DNA of 64,000 nt from positions 1,952,001 through 2,016,000 of the forward strand of contig CAWCYI010000004.1 in assembly GCA_963799845.1 (NCBI GenBank), written 5' to 3'. The position numbers and the translations under genes were made by a program. Shown one piece after another: positions 61,272-64,000 of this stretch. Source of the DNA: an uncultured Nitrososphaerota archaeon (GTDB lineage: Archaea > Thermoproteota > Nitrososphaeria > Nitrososphaerales > CADDZS01). Positions within the stretch are counted from its first letter, which is position 1, and each line of letters begins with the position of its first letter. The notes under the pieces are model-generated. The model worked only from the letters and a program-made list of their open reading frames with translations. It was not told the DNA's origin and did not search any database.

Positions 61272-61907
61272 TTAAGGATAATAATTTGAGAAAGACAACA
61301 AATTCCCCACTACCAAGTAATAGTCTAAGGTACACGTATACGGGGCCGAACTGAATGTCCAAGCGAGATTGAAATTGTAAGTTCCGTTGGAAATCGGTCT
61401 TGAATGAATAAGAAAAGTAATGACTAAACCTTCTCTTGCGTCTTCAGTATTTCCAATTGTTAGGTTCTGTGATGACGAGATTAGGGAAAAATTCGCCAGT
61501 GCGTTATCACTAGACGCTGAGTTATTTATCCTACCAGATAAGGAAATGTAATTGAGAGGATCTATCGTTATCGGTGCTGTCTCGTTATAATAGTAAAATG
61601 CAACACAAGCATACATCGAAGAGTTCTCATTCAAATGGAAAGATATCGGCTGCACTCCTTCTCCATAAGGATAAGGAGAACTGGCGTTCAATTCTGGGGA
61701 TGAACTTGGACAAAGTGAAGATAGATTTGTCGGAATTTGAGTCGCAAACGAAGATGTCATCGAAACCGTGCTGAACACTGTGGATGTCGTGGTCAGGGCT
61801 TGGGTCGTAGTTTCTGTTCTCCCAAACACAAGAGAGGCTGCTGTGAATCCGATAACCAACATCACTACTCCCACAGCGACGATTTGAACTACTGTCGATT
61901 TGTTCAT
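61272..61907 (-). CDS. Membrane-anchored Ser/Thr-rich secreted protein
   Basis: N-terminal TM, T-rich linker, many NxS/T sequons. Confidence 0.7.
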   Translation of the reverse strand: MNKSTVVQIVAVGVVMLVIGFTAASLVFGRTETTTQALTTTSTVFSTVSMTSSFATQIPTNLSSLCPSSSPELNASSPYPYGEGVQPISFHLNENSSMYACVAFYYYNETAPITIDPLNYISLSGRINNSASSDNALANFSLISSSQNLTIGNTEDAREGLVITFLIHSRPISNGTYNFNLAWTFSSAPYTCTLDYYLVVGNLLSFSNYYP

Positions 61908-62122
61908 CTAGATCTGTCTACTCGAAGGCGTACTATAAGGTTCTAGCCTTAAGAACAGAAGGGGTGGTGACTGACCCAAAGTCAAAAATCCTAATCTACT
62001 AAATGTCGTGTTGATACTTTTCAAAACATAATCGGTTGCGATGCACAAATGCCTTCATTCAAAGGATTAACAAGACCTAAATCTTAGAATATTCCCTTTC
62101 TGTTATTTGGTAGCAAGAAGAA

Positions 62123-62386
62123 GATGAGGAAAAAATCGGCAATTGTTTTCTCAATTTGTCTGATTACCGCTGCCCTCTTCGTACTCTTGGTGCCTGTTGT
62201 TCCAATGGGCTTGGGGTTATACAACCCGTATCCCAATGTAACCGAAGCAACTCCGATGAACGGTCTTTGAGTATCTATTTTGCTCATTTTGGCGGGCAGT
62301 TGTATTTCTACAATAATACTCAAATGGTCTATATTTTCGGAATGTTGAACGTTCCTAGAAGTGGGCCTTCAATGACTCGAAACTGA
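62123..62386 (+). pseudogene. Small membrane-anchored protein, frameshifted
   Basis: MRKKSAIVFSICLITAALFVLLVPVVP...|SLSIYFAHFGG. Confidence 0.4.
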
Positions 62387-62455
62387 TAACTCCTTAGAGG
62401 AATTTTTCTCGGTTTCTTTCGTGCGCTCTCTTGCTTCCTTTGGCGAAAGGAGTTA
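62387..62455. repeat. Hairpin repeat family 2, copy 1
   Basis: TAACTCCTT...AAGGAGTTA inverted ends; similar to 63458-63525. Confidence 0.75.
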
Positions 62456-62594
62456 AGCGGGCTTGCAGGAAAAGGAAATGGCGTTCGCTTGCGTTAGCAA
62501 AATGGTAAAAAAAACATGGGAGCAGAGAGACAAACTACAGAGAGATACTTTCGAAGTTTGTGTGTCTCGTGGTTAGTGGGAGAGGTGAACGCTA

Positions 62595-62996
62595 TTGACA
62601 AAGCGTAAATCCAAAAATCTTGCATTTGAAGGGACGATGAAATACATCCGAATACTCGTGCCAATAATTTCATTCGCATTTCTGTTTGTGTTTTTCCTGC
62701 CGATTATTCATTACACGACGCCTTGCTTTGGTAGTTCGTTTCCTTCATGTAGCGGATACGAATCTATTGGATGGGCGGTGGTCGGCTGGGGCGCATATAC
62801 AATCGCGAACACTGCCATTTATTCGCCTCCGTATATCGCGTTAAGTCCAAGTTATCAATTCACTTCAATTGGCGCGTTGCTTTTTGCTGCTCTTCCAATT
62901 TTTCTGATAGGCATTGCATTCCTATTTGCTGAACTGAAGAAGATAGTAAAGAGCCGACAAACTCTTCCAAAGTTAAGCACCGAGTCGAAATTATGA
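62595..62996 (+). CDS. Two-TM membrane protein
   Basis: FFLPII...ESIGWAVVGWG; second TM. Confidence 0.6.
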   Translation: MTKRKSKNLAFEGTMKYIRILVPIISFAFLFVFFLPIIHYTTPCFGSSFPSCSGYESIGWAVVGWGAYTIANTAIYSPPYIALSPSYQFTSIGALLFAALPIFLIGIAFLFAELKKIVKSRQTLPKLSTESKL

Positions 62997-63001
62997 TAGA
63001 A

Positions 63002-63274
63002 TCACAAAGGTTGCATTTCCATAATCGTCTTTATTTCTTCAACAATGGCGTAACGCTCGGATTTTGTTAATGGGTCTGCCTCCATTGTAGTTTTGTTTTT
63101 CTTGGTTGCGGTTTGACCAAAGAGAAAGACCATTAGCGAGACAATAAGAAATCCAATCCCGACCACAATGATAGTATTCCCTGTCGGAGTGATGTAGATA
63201 TTCGTGTTTTGAAATGTATGAGCACATGACGCCTGTCCAGTGGGAGATATTGCACAACCCCCAAAATCAAGCAT
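63002..63274 (-). CDS. Small membrane protein (5' part probably frameshifted)
   Basis: TM IIVVGIGFLIVSLMVFLFG. Confidence 0.45.
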   Translation of the reverse strand: MLDFGGCAISPTGQASCAHTFQNTNIYITPTGNTIIVVGIGFLIVSLMVFLFGQTATKKNKTTMEADPLTKSERYAIVEEIKTIMEMQPL

Positions 63275-63457
63275 TCTAATGTAGAGACCAGAGAAAACTA
63301 GGATTTATTCCGATAGCAGATAAGCAGATGATTATTTTTGGATGCTTCAACGATGAGAATATTTCCTCCTGTTTCCTGTCTTATCTTGCTTCAGGATTTG
63401 TGAAGCAGATATTTGAGACTATACAATCGCATGCCCGTTCTGGCAAACGGAACAAAG

Positions 63458-63525
63458 GTTAATCCTTAGGGGAATTTTTTCTCGCTCTCTTCGTGTCTGC
63501 GCTTGCTTCCCTTGGCGAAGGTAAC
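63458..63525. repeat. Hairpin repeat family 2, copy 2
   Basis: TCCTTAGGGGAATTTTTTCTCG...TTCGTG...CTTGCTTCCCTTGGCGAAGG. Confidence 0.75.
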
Positions 63526-63564
63526 AAGGAATAATTATTTGATTGTGCCTGAGTAGTATTTAGG

Positions 63565-64000
63565 ATGCGTAAAATCGTAATCTCGCTTGGCATGTTAGTG
63601 TTTGTGATGGCAATAATTATAGTCGTCACATTTTTTGGGTCACTGATAATTCCAAGTCTCCTGCACCGCTCTCCACCCGTAACTACGAATACCACGACCA
63701 CTTGCACAGAACAATTTGACAATCAATGCATCGGAAACTGGACTGCCTACTTTTCAATATCAGTAAACTACACGAGCGAATGGAAGGTTTCTTACAATGC
63801 AACTGGCACTATTATCAATAATTTTAGTGGAAACTACACGGGGACAGGTGACAATTCTACCCAAATAGTTGTGGATGCATACGGTGTTGTGGTGATTATG
63901 TTTTGCGCTACAGCGCAGAAAATGGATTCATCAAACTCTACGCTTTCTCTTACCGTTAATTTCGCTGGAACAGGAGACCCAAGCACTTCGCTTCCTTTTG
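63565..64000 (+). CDS. Membrane-anchored secreted protein, truncated by the window end
   Basis: MRKIVISLGMLVFVMAIIIVVTFFG..., open to the end. Confidence 0.6.
   Translation, partial: MRKIVISLGMLVFVMAIIIVVTFFGSLIIPSLLHRSPPVTTNTTTTCTEQFDNQCIGNWTAYFSISVNYTSEWKVSYNATGTIINNFSGNYTGTGDNSTQIVVDAYGVVVIMFCATAQKMDSSNSTLSLTVNFAGTGDPSTSLPF

Overview
Archaeal accessory region. The archaeal call rests on a TFB homologue, TTG/leaderless starts and a class III signal peptide; a Nitrososphaerota-like host is only an inference. There are three parts. (1) 1-21.2 kb: blocks of accessory genes separated by a dispersed palindromic repeat family (core TTTACTAGTAAA-TTCGTG). One copy is split at its AG by an IS110/IS1111-type element. 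The 3' non-coding end of that element holds a readable bridge/seekRNA-like structure whose guides match the repeat consensus. Its transposase gene is interrupted by a complete group II intron. A minimal IS66 is also present. (2) About 21.3-60.6 kb: a provirus-like or integrative element, partly decayed. It encodes a tyrosine integrase, a ParB-MTase and a second MTase, its own TFB, a 2211-aa repeat surface protein, a cargo block (MFS, nitronate monooxygenase, tandem AAA-TolB-TPR genes, Ku-like protein) and a surface/virion module (pilin-like protein, PKD proteins, CPBP protease, SpoIIM-like protein). Five genes of the structural set share an upstream TGTCG(T/G)ACA motif and show no clear TATA box. 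(3) 60.6-64 kb: small membrane-protein genes with a second hairpin repeat. All family assignments are by-eye motif recognition; no searches were run.
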